A DNA stretch of 64,000 nucleotides from a virus (taxonomy: Duplodnaviria; Caudoviricetes), in IMG/VR virus record IMGVR_UViG_3300037067_017580, positions 1-64,000 of that record; one strand, written 5' to 3'. Every line of letters begins with the position of its first letter. The stretch's first letter is position 1. Both the position numbers and the translations under genes were made by a program. The notes beneath the pieces were generated by a model, which worked only from the letters and a program-made list of their open reading frames with translations, did no database searches and was not told the origin of the DNA. Below are positions 33,310 to 42,953 of the stretch, one piece after another.

Positions 33310-34578
33310 CTAAGAAGATAGTTTGTCGGCTAAATCAATCAATATGTCTCGAAAATAATTAAATATTTCAAAATTAACTCCATTTTTGTCACATCCCCAC
33401 GAAAATGGAGAACATGAAAAATAAAATCCACCATCATTGATTAAATTTGTAGTTGGTAAATTAAACTCTGTTTTGCAATATTTCTTAAAAAATGGCTGTT
33501 TTGTTATATTACCCGAAATAATTGGCCTAGTTTGTATCCCTTTTTCTTCTAATTCTTTTACTGTTTCGTTTTTAACTCTTTCGCTTTTACAAACAATAGG
33601 AAAACAAAACGCAGAAATATCTAATTTTCTATTAATATATTGTTCATAAAATTTAGGATATATAAATTCGGTAAAGCGATATGGAATACTTTGGCTCATA
33701 AACTCATAAAAAACACCATTTCTATCGCTAATTGTCTCGTCTATTATTTTAAGTTGTTCCTGACACAAAAATGCCGTAATCTCTGTTGGGCGAAGGTTAA
33801 ATCCGATATCGAAGAAAGTAAAATCTGTTTCATCTGGATCTATTTTAGCACAAGAACATAATTTGTCAAGTGTTTTTTTATCTAAATCACGCCCCCAGCC
33901 ATTAGAACGGACAATTTTTAACATATCATAGAGCTTTTTATCACCGGTCAGAACCGCCCCGCCCTCAATTGTGCTCATTTGGTGAGAAACATAAAAAGAA
34001 AGTGTACCTGCCAATCCAAAAGTACCTAAATATTTGTTATTATATTTCGCGCCAAGGCTTTCACAGTTATCTTCTAGCAAAATAATATCATTTTCAGAAC
34101 AAAACTTGGCTATTTGTTCGATATCGTTACACACACCAAGCGCATTTGTAATAAAAAGAACCTTGAATCCATATTTATTATAAGCGGCTCTTATGGCACC
34201 AACCCCTATATTAAAACTAAACGGCTCACAATCAATCGCAATAGGGTTCAAATCCATTTGGATAATAGGAGATACATTGGTAGACCAAGTTAGAGAAGAA
34301 AAGCCTACGTTGTCACCAGATTTGATTTTTCCAAGGTTTTTTAACGCCTGTAAGAGCGCAAAATTGGCTGAACCACCACTATTGAACAAAACAGCATGTT
34401 TTGAACCAAACTTTTTAGACAAAGCCGCCTCGCATTTTATACATTCTCCGTTCATGCTTAGACGGTCTGTATTTTTAATAAATTCAGCAAGTTTTTCACG
34501 TAAATCAACTTTGCTTTCAAATGTATCATAGACAAGAGGTATCTTATATTTATTTGACATTTTTATTTTTTTTACCAT
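33310..34578 (-). CDS. colD: PLP-dependent DegT-family enzyme, ColD-like GDP-4-keto-6-deoxymannose 3-dehydratase
   Basis: NSGGSAN, LTWST, EDNCESLGA, SFYVSHQMSTIEGG (His at the usual PLP Lys position), GFNLRP. Confidence 0.75.
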   Translation of the reverse strand: MVKKIKMSNKYKIPLVYDTFESKVDLREKLAEFIKNTDRLSMNGECIKCEAALSKKFGSKHAVLFNSGGSANFALLQALKNLGKIKSGDNVGFSSLTWSTNVSPIIQMDLNPIAIDCEPFSFNIGVGAIRAAYNKYGFKVLFITNALGVCNDIEQIAKFCSENDIILLEDNCESLGAKYNNKYLGTFGLAGTLSFYVSHQMSTIEGGAVLTGDKKLYDMLKIVRSNGWGRDLDKKTLDKLCSCAKIDPDETDFTFFDIGFNLRPTEITAFLCQEQLKIIDETISDRNGVFYEFMSQSIPYRFTEFIYPKFYEQYINRKLDISAFCFPIVCKSERVKNETVKELEEKGIQTRPIISGNITKQPFFKKYCKTEFNLPTTNLINDGGFYFSCSPFSWGCDKNGVNFEIFNYFRDILIDLADKLSS

Positions 34579-34585
34579 ATTTGGT

Positions 34586-35557
34586 TTATTTATTTTTCAT
34601 GCTAACAATAATTTTTTGCAGTGCTTCATCAAGTGAAGTTTCTGGATGATATCCTATTGTGTTTAATAGTCGCGAAACATCTGGATATCTTCTTTCAATG
34701 TCTTTAAAGTTCTCTCCATATGCTTCTTTATAGCCCTTGTAAACGATAGAAGAAGAGCTATTTGTTAAAAGCTTTATTTTTTTAGCCAAGTCGTTTATAG
34801 ATATTTCATTGGTAGATCCAATATTAAAAACTTGTCCATGCGCCTTATTAGAACATGCAAGAAGATATAGGCTATTTGCGACATCTTTGACATATGTAAA
34901 GCAGCGTTTTTGTTCTCCTGTCCCAAAAACAGTAATAGGCTCTCCAGCCAAAGCTTGTTTAATAAGAGTTGGAACAACCATTCCGTATGATCCTGCTTGA
35001 CGCTCTCCAATAGTATTAAATAACCGCACAATCGTTACTGGCAATTTCTTTTCATAAAAATAGGCTAATCCATGAAATTCGTCAAGTAGTTTACTAGCAG
35101 AATAACACCAGCGGCGATAACTAGTGGGGCCAATCATACATATATCGTCTTCTGAAAAAACCAAATTAGGATTCGCTCCATATACTTCGCTGGAAGACGC
35201 AATAATAACTCTTGCTTTGTTTTTCAATGCCGACCGTAAAATGTTCCTAGTCGCTTCGTGATTAACTTCAATGGTATTAATAGGTTCATCCATCACCTTT
35301 TTAACTCCAACGAGGGCGGCAAGATGATAAATTACTTGAATATTTTCTGCTAATTTTTCTACTAAACTATAATCAGTAGCGTCACCCTCTATGAGAGTAA
35401 ATTTGTTGTTAGAAACAAGATGAGAAACATTGTCTCGTTTTCCAGTGGAAAAATTATCTAATGCCGTAACAGAACAATTATTATTAAGAAGCAATTCACA
35501 CAGATGACTACCAATAAATCCAGCACCACCAGTAACTAGAACATTAGTTTTTGCCAT
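34586..35557 (-). CDS. NAD-dependent nucleotide-sugar epimerase/decarboxylase (UXS/ArnA-like SDR)
   Basis: VTGGAGFIG, ASSSEVYG, RWCYSASK, RLFNTIG. Confidence 0.88.
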   Translation of the reverse strand: MAKTNVLVTGGAGFIGSHLCELLLNNNCSVTALDNFSTGKRDNVSHLVSNNKFTLIEGDATDYSLVEKLAENIQVIYHLAALVGVKKVMDEPINTIEVNHEATRNILRSALKNKARVIIASSSEVYGANPNLVFSEDDICMIGPTSYRRWCYSASKLLDEFHGLAYFYEKKLPVTIVRLFNTIGERQAGSYGMVVPTLIKQALAGEPITVFGTGEQKRCFTYVKDVANSLYLLACSNKAHGQVFNIGSTNEISINDLAKKIKLLTNSSSSIVYKGYKEAYGENFKDIERRYPDVSRLLNTIGYHPETSLDEALQKIIVSMKNK

Positions 35558-35575
35558 TATTCTATCCTTTTAAAA

Positions 35576-35815
35576 TTATATTTGTTTGATTTCTTCAATA
35601 AGAATATTAAGATCATTTTTCTTTTTTTCTACCAATAAGTCAAATATCCTGTAATACATAGTATCTTTTTCATCTATATGATAGATATTATTTTCTATTT
35701 CTATATTTAAAAGAGCAAATACAGATCTTTTTTCTTTGATATTAAATATTTGTTTTTCTAATTCTAGTGCTTCAGCAAATAAAGAATGTATTTTTTCAGC
35801 TTTTTCCATATCCAT
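35576..35815 (-). CDS. Hypothetical protein
   Basis: Operon packing. Confidence 0.6.
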   Translation of the reverse strand: MDMEKAEKIHSLFAEALELEKQIFNIKEKRSVFALLNIEIENNIYHIDEKDTMYYRIFDLLVEKKKNDLNILIEEIKQI

Positions 35816-35957
35816 TAGAATTCAACCCCAAATTTAATGCCAACCAAATTATTATCTAATATTAAGTCTGGCTTAACGCATCTATTTTTACCAATAATAC
35901 TACAAGAACTACACAATACCAAAAAAATCATCATTATAATAACCAAACAAAATTTAA

Positions 35958-36428
35958 TCATTTTTTATCCTTATATAATTTATACCAATTTTCAATTTTA
36001 TATTTAATAACAGCATTATTATTTTCAAACATTTCTTCAAATTTTTCTGTATTTGGTGATTTCCCATCAATTTCCATAAGTGCAAAAATAGATTTCCAAA
36101 GTATTTCTAATTTTTCTTCTTTATTTAGTTTATTTTCCCATATAGTATTTATTGATGTGGATCTTCCTGCAACTATCTCCATCATTTTATCTAGTGCTTC
36201 TTGATACCACGGCTGTATTTTTATATAAAAAATACCATTTTGTGAACAAGAACACATATTGTACACATCAAAATAATATTTTTTATTGTAATTAAAATAA
36301 ATAGTTCCATCTTTAAAAACAATAGAAAATTTATCATGTGGCTGAAGAATAAGTTGAGTATCTTTGTCATAAACAATATCTTCTCGGTTACTATATTCTT
36401 CTATCTGTTGAGGAGTAAATTTTAACAT
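35958..36428 (-). CDS. Hypothetical protein
   Basis: Overlaps the GT6 stop. Confidence 0.65.
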   Translation of the reverse strand: MLKFTPQQIEEYSNREDIVYDKDTQLILQPHDKFSIVFKDGTIYFNYNKKYYFDVYNMCSCSQNGIFYIKIQPWYQEALDKMMEIVAGRSTSINTIWENKLNKEEKLEILWKSIFALMEIDGKSPNTEKFEEMFENNNAVIKYKIENWYKLYKDKK

Positions 36429-37144
36429 AATTTCCTTATTTCCTCCGCATTTTTATGAACATGTAATATTCTATTATCCGAATACAATCCATAACGGGCG
36501 AAATCTTTCTCCGGGCAACAATAATTTGACCCCAAAATTCTTGGTTTATGATATACAAAATACCAATTTATTTGAGATTCGTCAAACCATTTTGTGTTAA
36601 TTCCACGCGAATAATCAAATTCTGTTTGTTCTTTAAGAACTTTACACATCTCTAATACTTTTTCAGTTTCCCCACCCCAAAAACAACCCTGATAATAACA
36701 ATCTAATTTTATTTCTTGTGGAATATATGCAGTAGAATTAGGATTTTCTTCAACATCTCCTCTTGGCCCCATAAATTTCTCCCAAGCAGGATGCTTAACC
36801 CCTACAAGTCCGGAACTAGTATCAGGCCAAATATTTGCAAGCGAAAAAGAATCGCATAATAACATGTCGGCATCTATAAAATAAAGATAGTCATATTGAG
36901 AGAAATAGTCATTTTGTGACAGTATGTGCTCAAATTTACAAGCGGAAGATTGCGGCCACGGACGATGGTCTACTTTAAAATATTTTACCCATTCAAATTC
37001 TTTTGTTTTGTCTTCATTGTTGGTAAAAACAATAACATCTGCGCCACTATAAAAATATTTCTTAATAGATTCGGCCAAGTTTTGTGCTAATATAAAATAT
37101 TTGTTTGTGGCAACGGTTACAAAACATACATTATTTTTTGTCAT
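36422..37144 (-). CDS. GT6 (ABO-type alpha-1,3-Gal/GalNAc transferase family) glycosyltransferase
   Basis: VATNKY, WP, FIDAD, HP, STAYI, YYQGCFWGG, WFDESQIN. Confidence 0.85.
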   Translation of the reverse strand: MTKNNVCFVTVATNKYFILAQNLAESIKKYFYSGADVIVFTNNEDKTKEFEWVKYFKVDHRPWPQSSACKFEHILSQNDYFSQYDYLYFIDADMLLCDSFSLANIWPDTSSGLVGVKHPAWEKFMGPRGDVEENPNSTAYIPQEIKLDCYYQGCFWGGETEKVLEMCKVLKEQTEFDYSRGINTKWFDESQINWYFVYHKPRILGSNYCCPEKDFARYGLYSDNRILHVHKNAEEIRKLC

Positions 37145-37532
37145 ACTCTACTTCTTTAATCTCCTCAAAATCCACTTCTTCTGAATAATACCCATTTGAT
37201 GTCCCATACCAGCGGATAGTTAAAGAGCCTTTAATTGTGTTTATATTATAGAATGTCCATGTATAGCTTTCAGATTCATAATCTCTAGGATGAGAATTAT
37301 CTTTATTGCTATTTTTATATGCAGTCAATATAGGAGTTTCCAAAATATTTTCAACATCGCCGCAAATATCTTCTACCGAAACAGACTCGCAACAATCTTG
37401 GCAATGCCACATTAAATACTTTTTGCCACACTTAGTATAAAATGTTATTCTTTCGGAGTCTTTTTCTGCGCCCTCTATTTTTGTAATTATTTTTCCTTCT
37501 AGTACAGAAAATCCGTCTTCAAAACTATTCAT
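37131..37532 (-). CDS. Hypothetical phage protein (QDCCESV..D; WYGTSNGYYSE)
   Basis: ATGA overlap. Confidence 0.75.
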   Translation of the reverse strand: MNSFEDGFSVLEGKIITKIEGAEKDSERITFYTKCGKKYLMWHCQDCCESVSVEDICGDVENILETPILTAYKNSNKDNSHPRDYESESYTWTFYNINTIKGSLTIRWYGTSNGYYSEEVDFEEIKEVEYDKK

Positions 37533-38146
37533 TTTATATCCTTATCAATTTTTCCAGTAGAACGATAACAAGAAGTAATATTTGACATATCCCGGTATAA
37601 AGATTGTGTCCCGATACTTGTGCCAGTAGCATAACCCTGTGTAAAACAACCACTCATTCCGATGTTGTTCGCCTCTGAAAATGCAGTTTCGTTTGCCCCA
37701 AGAAAGACAAATTCCCACCCTTGTTCTTTCTTTTCTTTAATTTTATCAACAATTTGTTGCTTTTTATACTCTTTTGAAGAATTTTCTTGGCCATCTGTGG
37801 CAATAACCATAAGAATTTTTTGTTTAACTTTTCCCTTTTTATCCAATTCAATACCCTTTGAAACTTCGTCAATTGATTTTCCAACAGCATCTAACAACGC
37901 AGTACATCCACCCGGACAATATGTTTTATTATCCAACTTATCTATAGTTTTAATATCTTTTGATTTATTAATAATTTCATAATTGGTATCAAAAAGAGTC
38001 AAAGTTAAATTAGCAATATCTTTTAGTTTCTTTTGCTCGTCAATAAAATTATTAAATCCACCAATAACATCATCTTTTACACAGTCCATAGAACCAGACT
38101 TGTCAATAACACAAATAATTTCTGTAACTTTTTCTTTCTTAGCCAT
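37529..38146 (-). CDS. von Willebrand factor A domain protein
   Basis: MIDAS DKSGS, TALLDA, ATDGQEN, FVFLGAN. Confidence 0.9.
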   Translation of the reverse strand: MAKKEKVTEIICVIDKSGSMDCVKDDVIGGFNNFIDEQKKLKDIANLTLTLFDTNYEIINKSKDIKTIDKLDNKTYCPGGCTALLDAVGKSIDEVSKGIELDKKGKVKQKILMVIATDGQENSSKEYKKQQIVDKIKEKKEQGWEFVFLGANETAFSEANNIGMSGCFTQGYATGTSIGTQSLYRDMSNITSCYRSTGKIDKDIK

Positions 38147-38150
38147 TTTT

Positions 38151-38411
38151 TTATTCTCCTCTTAAAGAAAAACCAATAAGTTCATTACTATCATTTTCCA
38201 CTATTTGAATTGTGTCTTTTAAATTAGAAAAACGAATAAGGCCATTTAAAACACCAATAATGCCAACCTTGTCGTCTTCTGTCACAATAACAAAATCATC
38301 TTCTATAAATTTTTTACCACATGAAACTCTTGAATTAATTAAATTTTCAATAACTTTTTTGTCTTTTTGAAAAAGATAATTTAAAAAATCACAAATTATT
38401 TTTGCATCCAT
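38151..38411 (-). CDS. Hypothetical protein
   Basis: GGAG RBS. Confidence 0.65.
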   Translation of the reverse strand: MDAKIICDFLNYLFQKDKKVIENLINSRVSCGKKFIEDDFVIVTEDDKVGIIGVLNGLIRFSNLKDTIQIVENDSNELIGFSLRGE

Positions 38412-38413
38412 CT

Positions 38414-38797
38414 CTATTCTCCATTTTTAAAATTTTTATAATTTAATAAATTAAATACGTTATAATGACTATCTTTAAATTTTTTATCAAGTTCTTTCAT
38501 ATAATCATAAAAGAAAATAGACATCTCGTTTTCTTCAATTTTTTCATTTTTAAATAAAAAGAAATTATCGCAATTTATTTTTATTGTTTCAGAAGTATAA
38601 GAACAACATAAATACTTTTTTTTATCAAACATAACAAAATCAAAAATTTGATCATATTTACTAATAATTTCTAAGTGTATATGTTGTATATTATTATCTT
38701 CTATAAAATATTCACCATCAAAACAATAATTATAATATTTAAAACTTTTTATAATTTTATTTAAAAGTAAATAGTTAAAATCAATATCTTTATCCAT
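38414..38797 (-). CDS. Hypothetical protein
   Basis: Operon packing. Confidence 0.55.
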   Translation of the reverse strand: MDKDIDFNYLLLNKIIKSFKYYNYCFDGEYFIEDNNIQHIHLEIISKYDQIFDFVMFDKKKYLCCSYTSETIKINCDNFFLFKNEKIEENEMSIFFYDYMKELDKKFKDSHYNVFNLLNYKNFKNGE

Positions 38798-39566
38798 TTT
38801 TGTTTTCCATTAAATTTTTAACTGCCCCAATAATATTCTTAATATCTTCAACACTACCATATAAACCAGCACACGAAAAAGAATTTATCTCAACCAGACC
38901 ATATTTAACCTCTTTATCGTCATTTATTTGTGCAATGTCAATAGTCCAACACTTATCTGGTTCATATCCTTCTGCGATAATTTTCTCTCCTAGTTCCTTA
39001 ACTTCTGGTGGCATTATAGTATAATCTAGGTTGGTTGTCAAGTCACAATATATTTGTCCTGAAATTATTTTTTTATCCACTACAACAAGTCGCCATTCCC
39101 GCCGAAGATCGACTATATCCATCCCCACGACTAGCTCATATGGATTTTCATAGCAGTCTATAATCTCTTGATAGTCGTTTTCTGTTCTGCAAATATGACC
39201 CGTGAATACTTTATCTCCGTCATTTGGACGAATAAATATCTCTTTATTTGTATTGTTTTTTAAATTAATTGCAGAAGTTATCCCCCATTTGTCGGTTAAA
39301 AGATACTTAGCCAAATATGGATAATATTCAGAACACTTAAAACTTTTAAAACCACAAAAAACAGTGTGGAAAGTTTCTGCCTGAACAATTTTTGCCAGTT
39401 TTAAAGAACCAAGAAAAACGACATCAGAATCCCAAATATCGTATGGATCAAATGTATCAAAACTTTCTTTGGAAATTCCCTTGTATTCACAGCCGCACTC
39501 AATAATTGCCTGTTTTAGCTCTTCTTTATCACACAACATGTCTTCTTCAACAAGAAATTTAATCAC
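38790..39566 (-). CDS. ATP-grasp domain protein (R2K/DUF4343-like)
   Basis: FIRP..GDKVFTG, REWR.VVV, IDIA, LVEINSFS.AGLYG. Confidence 0.8.
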   Translation of the reverse strand: MIKFLVEEDMLCDKEELKQAIIECGCEYKGISKESFDTFDPYDIWDSDVVFLGSLKLAKIVQAETFHTVFCGFKSFKCSEYYPYLAKYLLTDKWGITSAINLKNNTNKEIFIRPNDGDKVFTGHICRTENDYQEIIDCYENPYELVVGMDIVDLRREWRLVVVDKKIISGQIYCDLTTNLDYTIMPPEVKELGEKIIAEGYEPDKCWTIDIAQINDDKEVKYGLVEINSFSCAGLYGSVEDIKNIIGAVKNLMENKNG

Positions 39567-39783
39567 AATTATGCTTATCCTCTGCTAAAATATAAAATTT
39601 TGTTAATACCTGTTCTTCTTCTTTAGTTAAACCAAACACACTTTCAAAAATTTTATATGCATCTTTTGAAACTAACAAAAACTCTTCTAATCTCGTGATT
39701 GCAGAAAAAATATCATCATTTTGCATATTTATATTCAATTTTTTTAAATTTTTAATTATATTTCTTGTTTTATAGTTAATCAT
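39559..39783 (-). CDS. Hypothetical protein
   Basis: Operon packing. Confidence 0.55.
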   Translation of the reverse strand: MINYKTRNIIKNLKKLNINMQNDDIFSAITRLEEFLLVSKDAYKIFESVFGLTKEEEQVLTKFYILAEDKHNCD

Positions 39784-40025
39784 TTTTTCTTCCCAAAATA
39801 ATATTTATCGTAACTATTTTCTTTTTCTTCTTCATCCCCAGCCATAATGCATTCAGGAAGTCTTAATATCTGTCCATCGTCAGTTTCAAACAATATTTTA
39901 CCCTCTCCGTCAGGTGAATCAAAAATAGAACAATGTGGATAGAAGCTACTTCCATTATAATATTTTTTCTTGCATTTTCCACAAGTTTTTTTGCCACAAT
40001 TGATTTTAATTTTTAATTCAGCCAT
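39780..40025 (-). CDS. Cys-rich hypothetical protein
   Basis: CGKKTCGKC..C..R..EC. Confidence 0.65.
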   Translation of the reverse strand: MAELKIKINCGKKTCGKCKKKYYNGSSFYPHCSIFDSPDGEGKILFETDDGQILRLPECIMAGDEEEKENSYDKYYFGKKK

Positions 40026-40316
40026 TTAAAATTTATCTCCTATGATTCCTTCCCACTCAGCTAACATTTCTTCTTCGCTAGGCCAATTTATTCCACAACT
40101 TTTGCATTGGTCGTGCAAACAAGCATCAAAACAACCGTCTTCTTCTCCGTTATAAAACTCGCTATCATCAAATAAGTGACAATCTCCGCAATTAAACTTG
40201 TTTTTAAACCAAAATGGACAAATATCTCCATTCTCTGGCGAATAACAATATATTCCAGAAGGGATTTGATTTATTTGTTCTTTTGTAAGATTTATCATTT
40301 TTAAATATACTTCCAT
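40026..40316 (-). CDS. Cys-rich hypothetical protein
   Basis: IPSGIYCY..CPFW..L.DQCKSCGIN. Confidence 0.7.
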   Translation of the reverse strand: MEVYLKMINLTKEQINQIPSGIYCYSPENGDICPFWFKNKFNCGDCHLFDDSEFYNGEEDGCFDACLHDQCKSCGINWPSEEEMLAEWEGIIGDKF

Positions 40317-40588
40317 TCATTTTTAATTTCTTCATTAATTTTTTCATTATCAGAACGTTCTTGAATAGTCAACTTTTCATCGCCCTTTGACCAAACACTA
40401 TTTCTTTTATTGCCGCACATCGGGCAAGAGCACGATTGCAAATGATCGTAATTATAGCTAGCCCATTCTTCTATATTTTCTTCTTTAATTCCAAACCCAT
40501 AACGGCCAATTTTCTTTGCTTTGTTTCTTTTCTTGTGCTTTTGACCACGACGACGCGCTCTTTTTGCTTTTTCTTCTGGACTCGACAC
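40301..40588 (-). CDS. Basic Zn-binding hypothetical protein
   Basis: CSCPMCGN; Arg/Lys-rich N-terminus. Confidence 0.7.
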   Translation of the reverse strand: MSSPEEKAKRARRRGQKHKKRNKAKKIGRYGFGIKEENIEEWASYNYDHLQSCSCPMCGNKRNSVWSKGDEKLTIQERSDNEKINEEIKNEWKYI

Positions 40589-40602
40589 TTTAAAAACCTT
40601 TC

Positions 40603-41409
40603 TTAAAACGGAATAATTGCATCTTTTTCCACAATTGTATCATATAAATAATCTATATTTTTTTCTAAATGTTCAAAACCAACTTCATCGTTATTAACTA
40701 TAATATCGGCGATTATACTATCCATTTCTGTTTCCGACTTATGTTGCCCGGTTTGATTATTTTTTCCATTAACTCTTACCAAAATTCCCTTATTTTCTTT
40801 AATAAATTTGGCTTCGTTCAAAAATCTTACATCATCAATAACAATCAAATTATTTTGCTTTTTTATATCATTATATTTTTTAAGAGCGATATTAATCCAA
40901 ATTGCTTCATTATATCCCCGTCCAACATCTGTCCCAATTAGCTGAAGAAGCTTTCTTCCCTTATCATCTTTTAGTCCGTTCCAGCCAAATTGTTCTACTG
41001 CAATTTTCTTAACTGGTTCAGCAAACGAGATAAGACAATCATCATTAGAAAAAAGTTCATAAAAATGAAAATTAACGATATCTTCTATAAGTTCTCTTTC
41101 TTTTTTCTCTGTAAAGTCACTATTAAGAGTATTACCTACATATTCAAGTTCAATATCTTTAAAAACTTGTTCCCAGCCATAATATTTCATCAAAAACAAT
41201 TTTGCCAATGTGGATTTACCAGAACCTGCCTTTCCTATAAATCCAATAAAAATTGGCTTTGATTTTTTTATAATCTCTTTTGATTTATTAATTAATTTAT
41301 CAAGTTCTTTGTTATATTCTTTTGGAAACTTATAAAAATCAATTTCTGATTTACAATTTTTTAAATTATTTATTAATTTATCAAAAATATCTAATTCTTC
41401 TTTATTCAT
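40603..41409 (-). CDS. Deoxynucleoside monophosphate kinase
   Basis: GKAGSGKS, FAEPVK, RKLLQLIGT, DDVRFLNE, HKSE. Confidence 0.85.
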   Translation of the reverse strand: MNKEELDIFDKLINNLKNCKSEIDFYKFPKEYNKELDKLINKSKEIIKKSKPIFIGFIGKAGSGKSTLAKLFLMKYYGWEQVFKDIELEYVGNTLNSDFTEKKERELIEDIVNFHFYELFSNDDCLISFAEPVKKIAVEQFGWNGLKDDKGRKLLQLIGTDVGRGYNEAIWINIALKKYNDIKKQNNLIVIDDVRFLNEAKFIKENKGILVRVNGKNNQTGQHKSETEMDSIIADIIVNNDEVGFEHLEKNIDYLYDTIVEKDAIIPF

Positions 41410-41428
41410 TTTTTATCCTTAAAAAATT

Positions 41429-41499
41429 TTAACCCGGTTTGAGTCGAACAAACATATTCTGCGTCAAAGGCAGAAACCTTACCGTTGGGTTACGGGTTA
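41429..41499 (-). tRNA. tRNA-Gln(UUG)
   Basis: Acceptor TAACCCG/CGGGTTA, anticodon arm TCTGC-CTTTGAC-GCAGA, T-arm GTTTG-TTCGACT-CAAAC; no CCA. Confidence 0.88.
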
Positions 41500-41506
41500 G
41501 TTTTGC

Positions 41507-41581
41507 TGGAGCAGATGAAGAGATTCAAACTCTCGTAATTTTGGTTGGAAACCAAACACCTAGTCGCTAGGTTACATCTGC
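41507..41581 (-). tRNA. tRNA-Gly(UCC)
   Basis: Acceptor GCAGATG/CATCTGC, anticodon arm TTTGG-TTTCCAA-CCAAA, U73, CCA. Confidence 0.88.
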
Positions 41582-41587
41582 AAATTT

Positions 41588-41953
41588 TTACCATACCGAA
41601 GAACAAATAAGTCTTTCTGTGTGATCGTCTTTCCTAAGTTGATCAAATAATGAATATGTTTTTCTATCGTTTTCGTCATCATATGTTATATGCATCATTT
41701 CTGGTATAGAAAGCTCTTTTATAATAAAAATTTCATCTTGTTCGCAGTCACAATTACATCCTTGTTGTCTTGCAATTTTTTCTGCTGATTTTTCATCTTT
41801 TGCAATAACCCAATCAGTTTCCCCACCATCAACAGAATATACCCATGTTTTACGTGGCTCAAATTTTTCACAATTAATATGGTGAATTGCCCAATCTATT
41901 CTACTATTGCCCGTAGGTATTCTAGCCCAGTTCAAACATTCGCAATTAATCAT
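41588..41953 (-). CDS. Hypothetical protein
   Basis: 121 aa ORF, overlap packing. Confidence 0.7.
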   Translation of the reverse strand: MINCECLNWARIPTGNSRIDWAIHHINCEKFEPRKTWVYSVDGGETDWVIAKDEKSAEKIARQQGCNCDCEQDEIFIIKELSIPEMMHITYDDENDRKTYSLFDQLRKDDHTERLICSSVW

Positions 41954-42209
41954 TTGTATCCACCTTAATTTTATAATCCAGTTCTGCCTGTTCTAATATT
42001 TCATTTTCTTCTTCTATGGCTAAGCCAACGTATTTTTTACTAAGTAAGTCTTTTATCCAATTAATTTCAATATAATCTGGCTCAGGAGGTTCCCCTCCAT
42101 CATATCCAAAAAATCCCCTATGACCATCTATTTTGTCATAGTCTACCAAATAAGATCTTTCAATATCTGTCTCATTATCTGTTATAGTAGCTGTAAATTG
42201 ATGTCCCAT
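41946..42209 (-). CDS. Acidic hypothetical protein (..EPPEPD..)
   Basis: AGGA RBS. Confidence 0.7.
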   Translation of the reverse strand: MGHQFTATITDNETDIERSYLVDYDKIDGHRGFFGYDGGEPPEPDYIEINWIKDLLSKKYVGLAIEEENEILEQAELDYKIKVDTND

Positions 42210-42212
42210 TTC

Positions 42213-42512
42213 TTATTCCTTTCTTGGTCGTCCTCTTTTCTTCTTTATTATAGCAGGAATTTCTTGAGTGTCAATAGAAAAATAATTATTTTTATTTTTT
42301 ATTGCATCTTTTGACCAATCAGGGGCATCTTTTCCATTAAAAATAACACATTTTCCCTCTTTGCATCCACAATCTTCATAAAAAATAATGTTTTTATCTT
42401 CATTTTTTAATGAACAATATCCATTTATATATAAAAAAGACTCTCTAAAAATCTTTCCTATAATTTTTTCACAAAATAAAATATCTTTTAAATACTTACA
42501 AAAAATAGCCAT
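42213..42512 (-). CDS. Hypothetical protein with C-terminal AT-hook-like KRGRPRK
   Basis: Motif at the C-terminus. Confidence 0.65.
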   Translation of the reverse strand: MAIFCKYLKDILFCEKIIGKIFRESFLYINGYCSLKNEDKNIIFYEDCGCKEGKCVIFNGKDAPDWSKDAIKNKNNYFSIDTQEIPAIIKKKRGRPRKE

Positions 42513-42527
42513 TTTGTTCTTTCTATT

Positions 42528-42953
42528 TTATTTTCTGTTTCCATCTGGCCCAAAATAAGTATCAGGAATTGTCATGCTTTGTGTTATAGAATCTTTTTTA
42601 ATCGGTTTACCTTTGATTGTGGGGTCAAATTTTACCACAACACAAGTAGAACTGCCAACTTTTTGTGGATTTTTATTCTTTTTCGGCTCTTCTTTAATCT
42701 CTTTGTACTCTTGAGCTACGATCATATCAACAATATCATCGGCAGAGCGGGTAGACGCTCTTGTGGGAATTTCTGCTTCGGTCAAATATTTTACAATTCC
42801 ATCTCTAAAAATATCAGATTTGAAAAATTTAATAACAGCAGTCGCCCCTTTTCCAGCTACCTTTGCCCGATTATCATTGCCAAGAACTTCGCCAGAATAT
42901 TCATTAACATGCTTGCGAACAATATCATTTACTATTTTTCTAAACTCTCCCAC
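42528..42953 (-). CDS. Hypothetical protein
   Basis: AGGAG RBS. Confidence 0.7.
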   Translation of the reverse strand: MGEFRKIVNDIVRKHVNEYSGEVLGNDNRAKVAGKGATAVIKFFKSDIFRDGIVKYLTEAEIPTRASTRSADDIVDMIVAQEYKEIKEEPKKNKNPQKVGSSTCVVVKFDPTIKGKPIKKDSITQSMTIPDTYFGPDGNRK

